A DNA stretch of 64,000 bases from an uncultured Lachnospiraceae bacterium (GTDB lineage: Bacteria; Bacillota; Clostridia; Lachnospirales; Lachnospiraceae). The stretch spans positions 2,862 through 66,861 of the forward strand of contig CAJUKV010000015.1 in assembly GCA_910587305.1 (NCBI GenBank), written 5' to 3'. The position numbers and the translations under genes were made by a program. Of this stretch, positions 10,812 through 19,260 are shown one piece after another. Every line of letters starts with the position of its first letter. The stretch's first letter is position 1. The notes under the pieces are model-generated. The model was not told the DNA's origin and ran no database searches. It worked only from the letters and a program-made list of their open reading frames with translations.

Positions 10812-13097
10812 TTATTCTTTGTAAACGGTATCCTCTCTCACAAAATCGGGAACCTGACCTTCCACAAATCCATAGCTTGCGCTGGTTCCGTAATATTTCA
10901 TGATATCGCTGTCCGCTTTGAAATTGATGATAACCCTGTAATCTTCTTCCAGGCTCTTTCCATTATCCCAATCGCCTATCACCAAATCCTGAGGATAAAT
11001 GCAGTCGGCAATTTCTCTCATCTCATCTTCTTCCGTATAATCCGCATAAACCCGCGTGGCCACGTCAGAATCATATCTTCCGTATCTGCCGGCCGATGCG
11101 GTTTCGGAAACGATTATGTCACCACCGCCTTCCGCCTCCTGCTTTTCCGCCAGCTTTTTCGCCGCCTCGTAGTTGTAATTTATCACCTGAATGCTGGCGA
11201 TATCTTCCATGTTAAGCTGTCTGTCCACACTATAGCCGCGTTCTTTCAGATATCCAAGGCTTTCTTCATAGAATGGATAAAGATTGATGCTCAAATCCCA
11301 TCCTCTTGTAGATTTTGAAATGCCCGACGCTCCACGGTAAACTGCCCATGGAAGTTCTTCCGTAATATCTAATTGTACGATACCCACGGGAACGGAATTT
11401 TTCACATTGCTGAAATTTGCCAGCTCCATATCCCGTTGATAAATTTTTAAAAATTCCTTGAATTCCTCAAATCCCATTCTCTCCATGTACACGGTGTTTC
11501 CATAGGAAGCGGTAATCTTATATTTATCCTGCTTAAGTATTGTGTTTAAATTGTCGGAGGTTCCTATCATATAGCCTTTTTTAAATTCCTGTGAGCCGAT
11601 AATCGTATCTAAAAGCTGACCGCTTCTTTCATCCTCCACATTCACCCACAGCGCTCTGTTTACCGTTCTGCCGCTCTTTAAGCGGTAAATTACCGTACTA
11701 TAGGAATAATACTTGCCTTCCTCCATGTCCTCTTTTGTTTTGACGTCTTCGTTATGCGCGTCCATGGACAGTTTCACAAGCTCGCACACCTCCCCGGCAT
11801 TTTCCAGATACATGTATTTCTCGGCATATTCCACCGCGGGCAAATAAGAACCGTCGCTGTCAAAATACATGCCGCTGGTGCCCTGCTCATAATTTTCCGG
11901 CACAAAAGCAATGCTCTCAATCTTATCCGGCGCCGGAATGTAATCGTCATAGCCAAACAGGTCGTATTGAAAAACCACGAAAATAAATGCCGTAAGCGCC
12001 CCGCTTATCAGAATATCACGCTTTTTATGGAGCGCTCCTTTTATATCAAACTCATAAATTACCTGAATCAGCGCGCTCCCGAGGACCACGGCAAGAGCCG
12101 TAATAAAAATTACCCATCCAATCCCCTCCTTTGCGTCGTTAAAGTCCATATTCACTCTGTCGAAAACCATAAGTCCTGCTACCAAAGCCACCGGAACGGT
12201 TATCAGCACCTTAATAAAGGGCTTGGTAATCTCAAATGTCATAGCCTTTCCCGCGGCTTCCGCCGGGCGTTTTAAATAACATACATAGGAAATCACCCCC
12301 ACTGTCAGTGCGAACAGCAGAAGAAACAGCAAATATTTTATGTCAATCGCATTTTTGTAACTAAACGCATATGCCAGCTTCCCATACATACTAAAGGGCG
12401 AAACCAGGGGAGCTTCTTCTTTACCATAATAAGTAAAATAATCAAAAAATTCCTGCATATATCCCAGCAGCATATACCGCACCATACATTCATACAGGCA
12501 AAAAACCAGAAAACCAAACCCGGTAACCACAATATTCCCTGTCATCATAAGCGCAAGAATCGCCAGATGATATACCCCGAGATAAAAGCACAAATTCACC
12601 AGAAAAGTGGCTGCCGCCGTGTACAGCACGCCGCTGTCCACCGCCCCATTTCCGGCCCCGATTAACAGACTGATGAAAAGACCTGTCAAATAAGGTATAA
12701 TAAAAATCAAAATACCGTTTACCCATATCACCAGAAATCTTTTGCTTTTCTTAACCGGCATCCCCATATAAAAATCAATTTTTTTACGGCTGTACAGATA
12801 GGAAAACCCCTGAACGGCGCTTATCACCGCAAGTATCGTGCTGAAAACAACGACAGGGCCTGAGAATCCTAACATACCGCCCATCACTTCCGCCATCTTT
12901 TGGTGGACCAGCTGCCCGGCCGTCGCCGCGTCGGCCGCCTCCCAAATCCATTCGTTGCTTCTCGCGACGCCGCCAAGGACGAAGGCAGTCACCACTGGAA
13001 GTATCAACACAAACATAAGAACTGCTATCACCCATACCCACAGGCGCCTTTTATTATTCTCTTTCATACTAACCAAGAATGAGCTTTTTGACGTCAT
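10812..13097 (-). CDS. ABC transporter permease-like membrane protein (DUF6449-like)
   Basis: FSYLYSRKKIDFY motif, ~10 TMs, large soluble C-terminus; coupled to ABC ATPase. Confidence 0.75.
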   Translation of the reverse strand: MTSKSSFLVSMKENNKRRLWVWVIAVLMFVLILPVVTAFVLGGVARSNEWIWEAADAATAGQLVHQKMAEVMGGMLGFSGPVVVFSTILAVISAVQGFSYLYSRKKIDFYMGMPVKKSKRFLVIWVNGILIFIIPYLTGLFISLLIGAGNGAVDSGVLYTAAATFLVNLCFYLGVYHLAILALMMTGNIVVTGFGFLVFCLYECMVRYMLLGYMQEFFDYFTYYGKEEAPLVSPFSMYGKLAYAFSYKNAIDIKYLLFLLLFALTVGVISYVCYLKRPAEAAGKAMTFEITKPFIKVLITVPVALVAGLMVFDRVNMDFNDAKEGIGWVIFITALAVVLGSALIQVIYEFDIKGALHKKRDILISGALTAFIFVVFQYDLFGYDDYIPAPDKIESIAFVPENYEQGTSGMYFDSDGSYLPAVEYAEKYMYLENAGEVCELVKLSMDAHNEDVKTKEDMEEGKYYSYSTVIYRLKSGRTVNRALWVNVEDERSGQLLDTIIGSQEFKKGYMIGTSDNLNTILKQDKYKITASYGNTVYMERMGFEEFKEFLKIYQRDMELANFSNVKNSVPVGIVQLDITEELPWAVYRGASGISKSTRGWDLSINLYPFYEESLGYLKERGYSVDRQLNMEDIASIQVINYNYEAAKKLAEKQEAEGGGDIIVSETASAGRYGRYDSDVATRVYADYTEEDEMREIADCIYPQDLVIGDWDNGKSLEEDYRVIINFKADSDIMKYYGTSASYGFVEGQVPDFVREDTVYKE

Positions 13098-13974
13098 AAC
13101 CTACTACCTCCGTTTCGCTTATGAATATTTCTTCGAGAGAAAGAGGCAGCGCCTCAAAGAAAATCGTATTTACCGTGGCAAATACGGCCAGAATTTCAGC
13201 CTTATTCCCTCTTACCGTGAGAACATTTAAAGAACCTCTCTTTTCATTTTTCATAATGTCAAGCGCCTTGATGGCCTTAGCCTCATCGTCAATCGTCTTA
13301 AACACGCACTGTACTTTTTGGATATTGCATTTCATGTCCTCCAGATCTTTGGACAAAAGAACGCCTCCCTTGTGCAAAAGCCCCACATGATCGCAGATAT
13401 CCTCAAGCTCTCTTAAATTGTGGGAGGCAATCACAGGCGTCATTCCCCGTCGCTCAATCTCACTGGCAAAAATACTTTTGATTCCCTGACGCATAACAGG
13501 GTCAAGCCCGTCGAAAGTTTCATCGCAAAGCAGATATTTTGTCCCGCTACAAACGCCGCAGATAAGAGCCAGCTGCTTTTTCATCCCCTTGGAGTAAGTG
13601 TTGATTTTTCTCTTCTTATCCAGACCGAAGTTTACCAGATAATTATAAAAATCCTCCACCGCAAATTCCGGATAAACGCTGCAAAGGTACTTTTGCATAT
13701 CGATAGCATTGCTGTTTGCAAAAAAGTACGGTTCGTCCGCAATAAAATAAATATTTCTTTTTGCCTCCATGTTGTCAAATACGGGCAGACCGTCAATTGC
13801 AATCTCGCCCTGCTCCGGCTCTAAGACGCCGGCAACCATCCGAAGCACGGTACTTTTCCCCGCGCCGTTGGTTCCAATTAAGCCGAATACCGTACTCTCT
13901 TTTATGGACACACTGACGTCGTCAACCGCTTTTATTTTGTCATAGGATTTGGTTACATTCCTAATCTCAATCAT
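13069..13974 (-). CDS. ABC transporter ATP-binding protein
   Basis: GTNGAGKST, YSKGMKKQ, DETFDGLDP. Confidence 0.95.
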   Translation of the reverse strand: MIEIRNVTKSYDKIKAVDDVSVSIKESTVFGLIGTNGAGKSTVLRMVAGVLEPEQGEIAIDGLPVFDNMEAKRNIYFIADEPYFFANSNAIDMQKYLCSVYPEFAVEDFYNYLVNFGLDKKRKINTYSKGMKKQLALICGVCSGTKYLLCDETFDGLDPVMRQGIKSIFASEIERRGMTPVIASHNLRELEDICDHVGLLHKGGVLLSKDLEDMKCNIQKVQCVFKTIDDEAKAIKALDIMKNEKRGSLNVLTVRGNKAEILAVFATVNTIFFEALPLSLEEIFISETEVVGYDVKKLILG

Positions 13975-14332
13975 AAGTCTTTCCCCCTCTTATAGTTTGA
14001 ATAATCTCCTCCTGCGTTATCCCTATCTCCAGAGCAGCCTTACAGATCTTAAGAATCTCCGCAAATATTTCTTCCTTATATTTAAGAAGCAGCTGTCCGC
14101 TGTCCGAAACAAAATTTCCTTTGCCCTTCACAGTGTAAATATACCCCTGCCTCTCCAATTCCGCATAAGCCCTCTGAATCGTATTGGGATTAATGGATAA
14201 TTCAACCGCTAAATTGCGGACGGAAGGAATTTTTTCATCCGAAGCGAGCACGCCGTGCAGAATCAGCATCTTAAACCTCTCCACTACCTGTTCATAGATG
14301 GGTCTTGTGTCTCTGTAATCTATGAGTATCAT
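13967..14332 (-). CDS. GntR family (YtrA subfamily) repressor
   Basis: PIYEQV, PSVRNLA, NPNTIQRAY, GKGNFV; short C-terminus; heads an ABC operon. Confidence 0.93.
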   Translation of the reverse strand: MILIDYRDTRPIYEQVVERFKMLILHGVLASDEKIPSVRNLAVELSINPNTIQRAYAELERQGYIYTVKGKGNFVSDSGQLLLKYKEEIFAEILKICKAALEIGITQEEIIQTIRGGKTYD

Positions 14333-14376
14333 GCGCATTCCTTTCCTTAGTACTATAAAGGCTGGCAGCAGTCTTT

Positions 14377-14401
14377 AGTGTACTAATATTATTAATACAC
14401 T
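14377..14401. promoter_or_regulatory. YtrA-type operator AGTGTA-N13-TACACT
   Basis: agtgta ctaatattattaa tacact upstream of the GntR gene; matches the B. subtilis YtrA box layout. Confidence 0.8.
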
Positions 14402-14579
14402 TATGATATAATAGCAGATACGTGTCGTCAAGGAAAAATGGAGAGGTTAATAAAACCTTAATTTTTATATTCAATTTTTATTGTATTTATAGGCTTTTTA
14501 CAAAATATTTGTCACTAACCTGTAACTAACGCATGAAGACATATTTCAAATTTATGTTACTCCCAACACGTCAACATTG

Positions 14580-14763
14580 TACCCCTGCTGAAGATCCCGT
14601 TTATGCTTTTATGGATAAAAAACGGGCACAGGGCAAACCTTATTACGTCTACATGACTGCCAGGGCAAACAAATTCCTCTGTATTTATTACGGACGGGTA
14701 AACGAATACCTTGCCTCACTGCCAAAGGCATCCCACGGGGAGGCGGGAAACGATGAAATATAA
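14580..14763 (+). pseudogene. IS110-family transposase, C-terminal remnant
   Basis: DPVYAFMDKKRAQGKPYYVYMTARANKFLCIYYGRV resembles clostridial IS110 C-termini; N-terminal domains absent. Confidence 0.7.
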
Positions 14764-15026
14764 AACCTATCCTTGCGAGTTAAAGTTCAAATACCTCGTC
14801 CGCCACAACCTGCCTGTCGTGGCCGGTTTTATCTCTGAGAAAGACGCTATCAGGGAACAGATCTCACCGGGTGTCCCTGTGCGCCGCACTGCCGAAGAAT
14901 TCAAATGCTCCGTAGTTCCGCATTAATAGCATTTTCTTTTTCTACATCAATTCCATTTTTCGTCTTTCTTCATCTCCCCTCCGGCGCTTAACTAATGCCA
15001 GTGTCAATTCAGCATTATGTGCTTTC

Positions 15027-15218
15027 TTATACTTTTCTACATATGGATGTATAATATTGCCTCGCCCTACTACATCCTGAGTCCTCCAAGGTTTTTATTG
15101 CCTTATCTGCAAAGCCCGGAAACGAAATATCAAAACCATAAATTTTAAAGAAAAAAGCCTTGTTGAGGTGCATATTAGGATTGATATTATCAAGTAACTG
15201 CTGTCTGTTCGGATACAT
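15027..15218 (-). CDS. Small hypothetical protein (mobile-element type, possibly truncated)
   Basis: 63-aa ORF overlapping the upstream HTH gene. Confidence 0.45.
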   Translation of the reverse strand: MYPNRQQLLDNINPNMHLNKAFFFKIYGFDISFPGFADKAIKTLEDSGCSRARQYYTSICRKV

Positions 15219-15444
15219 CTTTTATGTCCTCAATCAGGTCAGCTACTCTGACCTGCAAAACCTTAGAAATTTTTCCAAGATAAACAGGTTTTACATAATA
15301 ACCTCGCCGTGCTATGTACACAATGTTCACCGGTACGCCAGATTTTGCGGCCAGCTCCTTTGATTGAAGTTCTGCTTCTGCCATGGCAATGAGTACCTTA
15401 CGGCTGTCCGGCCTAAGCATAGTCGTGTATTTTAGTTTAGACAT
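15190..15444 (-). CDS. Small XRE/Cro-like HTH protein
   Basis: IAMAEAELQSKELAAKSGV...LGKISKVLQVRVADLIE; RBS GGAGGTAGAGGAG. Confidence 0.75.
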   Translation of the reverse strand: MSKLKYTTMLRPDSRKVLIAMAEAELQSKELAAKSGVPVNIVYIARRGYYVKPVYLGKISKVLQVRVADLIEDIKDVSEQTAVT

Positions 15445-15496
15445 CTCCTCTACCTCCGTTCCAATTCGTTAACAGTTACTTCAAGCTCTTCTTCTC

Positions 15497-15640
15497 TTAA
15501 TTTATACCTATCCGGTTGCCATTCAGCGCATTAGATACAGCCTGCTGACTTACACCGCATTGTCTAGCTATCTCCGTGGCTGTGATACCACGTTCTGCCA
15601 TTGCAAGATAAATTTTCTTCGTGTCTAATTTGAGTTTCAT
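15497..15640 (-). pseudogene. Cro-like HTH (47 aa, apparently truncated); not in the ORF track
   Basis: MKLKLDTKKIYLAMAERGITATEIARQCGVSQQAVSNALNGNRIGIN*; RBS AAGGT; divergent from the CI-like gene. Confidence 0.65.
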
Positions 15641-15655
15641 TATCTACCTTTTTTT

Positions 15656-15747
15656 AACACGATTTTGATGTTATTTTAACATTATTTTAATGTTTGTTTC
15701 AACATTATTTTTGTGTTATCATATTTACAAAACATAAAATTTGTGTT
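15656..15747. promoter_or_regulatory. Four 17-bp palindromic operators AACA-N9-TGTT
   Basis: 15656-15672, 15678-15694, 15701-15717 and 15731-15747, between divergent HTH genes. Confidence 0.8.
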
Positions 15748-15765
15748 AAATTATAGGAGAAGAAA

Positions 15766-16518
15766 ATGGAAAATAGCAATTTGCATTTAAAGATTAGAGA
15801 AGAACGCATAAAGCAAGGTCTTTCCCAAAAAGAATTGGGCGAACTAGTTGGGTTACCACAACAAGCTATTAATCGCATTGAACAAGGACAGCGAAAATTA
15901 GATATAGAATTATTTGAAAAGTTATGTAAAGCATTAAATATAAAAAAAATAGGTTCTTTTACCGTAAACTTTATTTCAAGTTTTTATAAAATGGACGTTG
16001 GGGATGACCCAATTTGTCCTGCTAATAATCCAGAAGATGAGATTCCCACTGATGGTTCTCTGTTATACGATCATTCCTATTCATATGTCAGTTCAGAAGA
16101 AGAACTAAATGAATGCCTTAAACAAAATGAGGAGGACAATGATGATTCAAAAAAATCACCACAATTTGTAAGTTCAGGCAATAATATTCATAAATATGAT
16201 GCCAGTATCAGAATCTCGCCTGAAGCTTTAGAAAACTTAAAGGAAATAAATATAATTTATAATAAAATTGAAAATGGAGAAAAACTGACCGAAAATGATT
16301 TGCAAGCACTTAAGGACTATAGCCAAAGACAAAAAGTAGCTATGGAGCGTTTAAAAATAACCTTACAAACCATGCAAGAAAAATTAGAGCCTTTAATGGA
16401 ATTACACCCCGCTTATAATAAACTAAATGAAGTAGGGCAAAAAGAAGCAATTAAACGTATTGAAGAGTTAGCCGAAATCTCCCGCTACACCAAGCCAGCC
16501 GCCCCACCCCAATACTAA
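15766..16518 (+). CDS. XRE-family (CI-like) transcriptional repressor
   Basis: IREERIKQGLSQKELGELVGLPQQAINRIEQG HTH; C-terminal LNEVGQKEAIKRIEEL motif typical of phage/ICE repressors. Confidence 0.85.
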   Translation: MENSNLHLKIREERIKQGLSQKELGELVGLPQQAINRIEQGQRKLDIELFEKLCKALNIKKIGSFTVNFISSFYKMDVGDDPICPANNPEDEIPTDGSLLYDHSYSYVSSEEELNECLKQNEEDNDDSKKSPQFVSSGNNIHKYDASIRISPEALENLKEINIIYNKIENGEKLTENDLQALKDYSQRQKVAMERLKITLQTMQEKLEPLMELHPAYNKLNEVGQKEAIKRIEELAEISRYTKPAAPPQY

Positions 16519-16578
16519 CCGCCAGGACAGGATATCTTTAACCAAACCACTATGCAAAACACTTTGAAAGGTAACAAC

Positions 16579-17265
16579 ATGACACAGAAAATAGAAACAC
16601 TTAAGAAAAGTGAACGATACTTGATTTTCGATGAATCCGGCAATCTCGGAAGTAGTGGGAGGTATTTTGTTATTGCGTGTATTGACACCAACAATTATAA
16701 AGCGCTCCATAACATCATGCACAAAAAATTAGGCATAGCTAAGAAAATGTTTCACGAGCTTTCATTGCTTCATTCCAATGAGATCAAGGCAAAAGACGCA
16801 TATCCATGTATCAAATATCACATATTGGAATGTATTGCTAAAAAAGATTTACAGATTTCGTATATTGTTGCAGATCTAAAACATGTAAAACCGTCTTTAT
16901 TAATAGATAAAAATATACTTTACAACTTTTTAATGAAATTATTAGTAGAACGTCTTATATCGGATAAAGATAATGGCACAACTATAAATATTATCTGCGA
17001 CAAACACTCTACAAAAGTAGCCTCCGGGAACTCTTTCTCCGATTATATAAAGCTCTTTCTGCTATATGAAAGAGAATACGACATTGATTTGAATATTAAT
17101 TACATGGACTCAGATGATAAAAATGCTTACATTGTTCAAGCAGCAGATTATGTCGCCAATGCTTTATATGGCAATTATGAATACGGAGATAGCATATATT
17201 ATAGCCGCTTTAAACATAAACTTGGTTCTGTTCTCCTGTTTCCATGGAAATCGTTTGGAAAATAA
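16579..17265 (+). CDS. DUF3800 domain-containing protein
   Basis: N-terminal IFDESG and C-terminal DS...VQAADYVANA (QxxD) motifs. Confidence 0.85.
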   Translation: MTQKIETLKKSERYLIFDESGNLGSSGRYFVIACIDTNNYKALHNIMHKKLGIAKKMFHELSLLHSNEIKAKDAYPCIKYHILECIAKKDLQISYIVADLKHVKPSLLIDKNILYNFLMKLLVERLISDKDNGTTINIICDKHSTKVASGNSFSDYIKLFLLYEREYDIDLNINYMDSDDKNAYIVQAADYVANALYGNYEYGDSIYYSRFKHKLGSVLLFPWKSFGK

Positions 17266-17281
17266 ATTTCATTAATAAATG

Positions 17282-17310
17282 TTGATTTTATCACACTCTA
17301 ATGGTATTAT
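17282..17310 (+). promoter_or_regulatory. Sigma-A promoter for the downstream ncRNA
   Basis: TTGATT-N17-TATTAT with extended -10 TG. Confidence 0.7.
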
Positions 17311-17336
17311 AAGGATACAAAGACATATAATAATAC

Positions 17337-17422
17337 AGATGGGTGTGTAAGCCTATATCAGCGTGTGTATTTTTAAACATAAGTTGCCTGTGTGGTAACC
17401 ACTGATATAGCAGCACCCATTT
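17337..17422 (+). ncRNA. Putative DUF3800-associated structured RNA
   Basis: Nested stems atgggtg/cacccat, ctatatcag/ctgatatag, gttgcc/ggtaac; own promoter; no ORF. Confidence 0.65.
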
Positions 17423-17537
17423 TCTATTTGTACTGAGTAAAAACAGCTGCTATTCTTTATTCATCAATATTTTTACTAATGAACCACAGATTAATATAAT
17501 TACAGCCACAACCATGTTACCAAATGAGTAAGCTATA

Positions 17538-17628
17538 TTGAATGAAATCTGAGGACGGAACAGGCGGCCGTCACGCCCTATGGGTCTTAAAAGAGATGTG
17601 GAATTGCCACCCCACCTATTTCATTCAA
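17538..17628 (+). ncRNA. Putative pseudoknotted structured RNA
   Basis: 11-bp closing stem ttgaatgaaat/atttcattcaa; gacgg/ccgtc stem with loop ggcg pairing to downstream cgcc; followed by a hairpin at 17634-17660. Confidence 0.6.
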
Positions 17629-17821
17629 AGTGCAAGGCAGGTAACTTGGTTATCTGCCTTTAAAAATGTGCACATGGGGACACTGATAAAAAATTAAAGT
17701 TTGTCAGAAAATAATTTTGTCGCCGGATATCATATGGTATAATTTTTTATAAGAACACGGGATAAAAAAGATAAGCTGAAATTTTAGAAACATACGCCTG
17801 ACTTATCGGAGGAATCATGAA

Positions 17822-18091
17822 ATGGCATTACAGCAGGAAAAGCTATATACAATTGAAGATATCTATGCTCTTCCAAATGGAAAAAGAGCGCAGCTATTGG
17901 ATTATGGAATAAAGCTTTTTAAGTATCGTACCGCAGGGGTAAGGGAATACTGGATTATAAATCCCGCAACACGCACAGAAAATGTTTATGATTTTGAACA
18001 CGATAAAGCGACTAACCAATATGAATTTGACGATAAGATTCCTGTATGCATTTACGATGGTTTCTCTTTACAAATATCGGGGCTTCTGTAA
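17822..18091 (+). pseudogene. Uma2-family endonuclease with in-frame internal deletion
   Basis: N-term YTIEDIYALP...RAQL joined directly to C-term DYGIKLFKYRTAGVREYWII; central catalytic region missing. Confidence 0.75.
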
Positions 18092-18153
18092 AAATAAAAA
18101 GCTGATGTGGGGATTTTCCTATATCAGCTTTTGTCATTCTTAGTGTTCTTGCG

Positions 18154-18240
18154 AAAGTGATGTATTTGTATCTTTTTTATTGACAGTCAGTCTCCAAAGT
18201 GATATATTTGTCTTGTTAAGCGATAAATATGTCACTTTGG
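18154..18240 (+). promoter_or_regulatory. Sigma-A promoter overlapped by repeated operator boxes
   Basis: TTGACA(18180)-N17-TATATT; AAAGTGAYRTATTT at 18154 and 18196, inverted copy at 18225-18238. Confidence 0.65.
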
Positions 18241-18251
18241 AGGAAACCGTT

Positions 18252-18917
18252 ATGAAGAAAAGAACGAAACTCACAATTTGTCTGGGCGTGATATGCGCTC
18301 TGCTTGTAGCAATATCTTCCTGTTACACGATAGCATTTAACAATTCAAGGTTTATTGTGCCTATGGATTTATCCGAATATGTTTTCAGAGTGCAAGACCT
18401 GCCTATGATTATCTCCGGCGTGCTTCTTGCTTTGTATATTGTGTACCTTGTTATGTTGCTTTTGAAATCTATCACAACAAACAGGCGCAGGGAATTAACC
18501 TCGCAATCCACCAGAACAATAAATCCCAAACTGGGATTTTTAGGTTTATTCGGATTTGCCGGATTTTTAGGATTTTGGACTTACAGCGTTGACAAGACAA
18601 TTTTCCCATTTGTATTTTTCCTGTTTTTTGGCTTTTTCGGATTTTACTATGAGGGAAAAATGTCAAATACTTTTATAGATGAACGATACAAAGAAAACAA
18701 AATGAAAGCGCAAAGCGTAGCGAGCAAAACTTCTCTGTCCATTATTTTCCTTGCAATACTCATTCTGGGACAGGGAAGGCTCATAAGTAACCTTGAATAT
18801 ACCTTAATTGCTCTTGTTATTGTCGTAGCTCTTTCCATAGCGCTTGAAATATTCCTCAGCGAATATCTGCTATATCATTATGACAGCGATGAACAGTTTG
18901 ATGAAAGCGAGGAATGA
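18252..18917 (+). CDS. Membrane protein (DUF3796-like)
   Basis: GFLGLFGFAGFLGF and IDERYKEN motifs, ~6 TMs; RBS GGAGG. Confidence 0.7.
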   Translation: MKKRTKLTICLGVICALLVAISSCYTIAFNNSRFIVPMDLSEYVFRVQDLPMIISGVLLALYIVYLVMLLLKSITTNRRRELTSQSTRTINPKLGFLGLFGFAGFLGFWTYSVDKTIFPFVFFLFFGFFGFYYEGKMSNTFIDERYKENKMKAQSVASKTSLSIIFLAILILGQGRLISNLEYTLIALVIVVALSIALEIFLSEYLLYHYDSDEQFDESEE

Positions 18918-19120
18918 GCGTGCCGGATTTTGAATGTAAATTAAAAAAATACAGACTGTTAAAGGATTTGACGCAAGAGCAATTGGCGGCACAGGTAGGT
19001 GTACGGCGAGAAACCATTATGCGGCTGGAAAAGGCGCAATACAATCCATCCCTTAAACTGGCGATTGACATTTCAAGAGTTGTCGAAGCACCGATTGAAG
19101 AAATATTCGTTTTCAAGTGA
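18914..19120 (+). CDS. Small XRE HTH regulator
   Basis: LTQEQLAAQVGVRRETIMRLEKAQYNPSLKLA; ATGA overlap with upstream gene. Confidence 0.9.
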   Translation: MSVPDFECKLKKYRLLKDLTQEQLAAQVGVRRETIMRLEKAQYNPSLKLAIDISRVVEAPIEEIFVFK

Positions 19121-19260
19121 CAAGACAGGCGGCAGCCTCTATCAGATTGCCCGCTGCATAAATAAGTACGGCCGAATGTTACAATTATCCTTAAACAGGA
19201 AAGATGTATCATTCAGCCGTATTTTTACTCACAATATTTCACTTTATCTTTGCAAAGAGC

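Noticed and set aside
14533..14930. Functional IS110 element or bridge RNA system
   Set aside because: Only ~55 C-terminal codons remain; no catalytic domains or recognisable element ends
15656..15747. Regularly spaced repeats as a CRISPR array
   Set aside because: 17-bp degenerate palindromes with 5-13 nt gaps and no cas genes; better explained as operators
17549..17600. CTGAGGA resembling a hammerhead ribozyme core
   Set aside because: No correctly placed GAAA after a stem II; the topology does not fit
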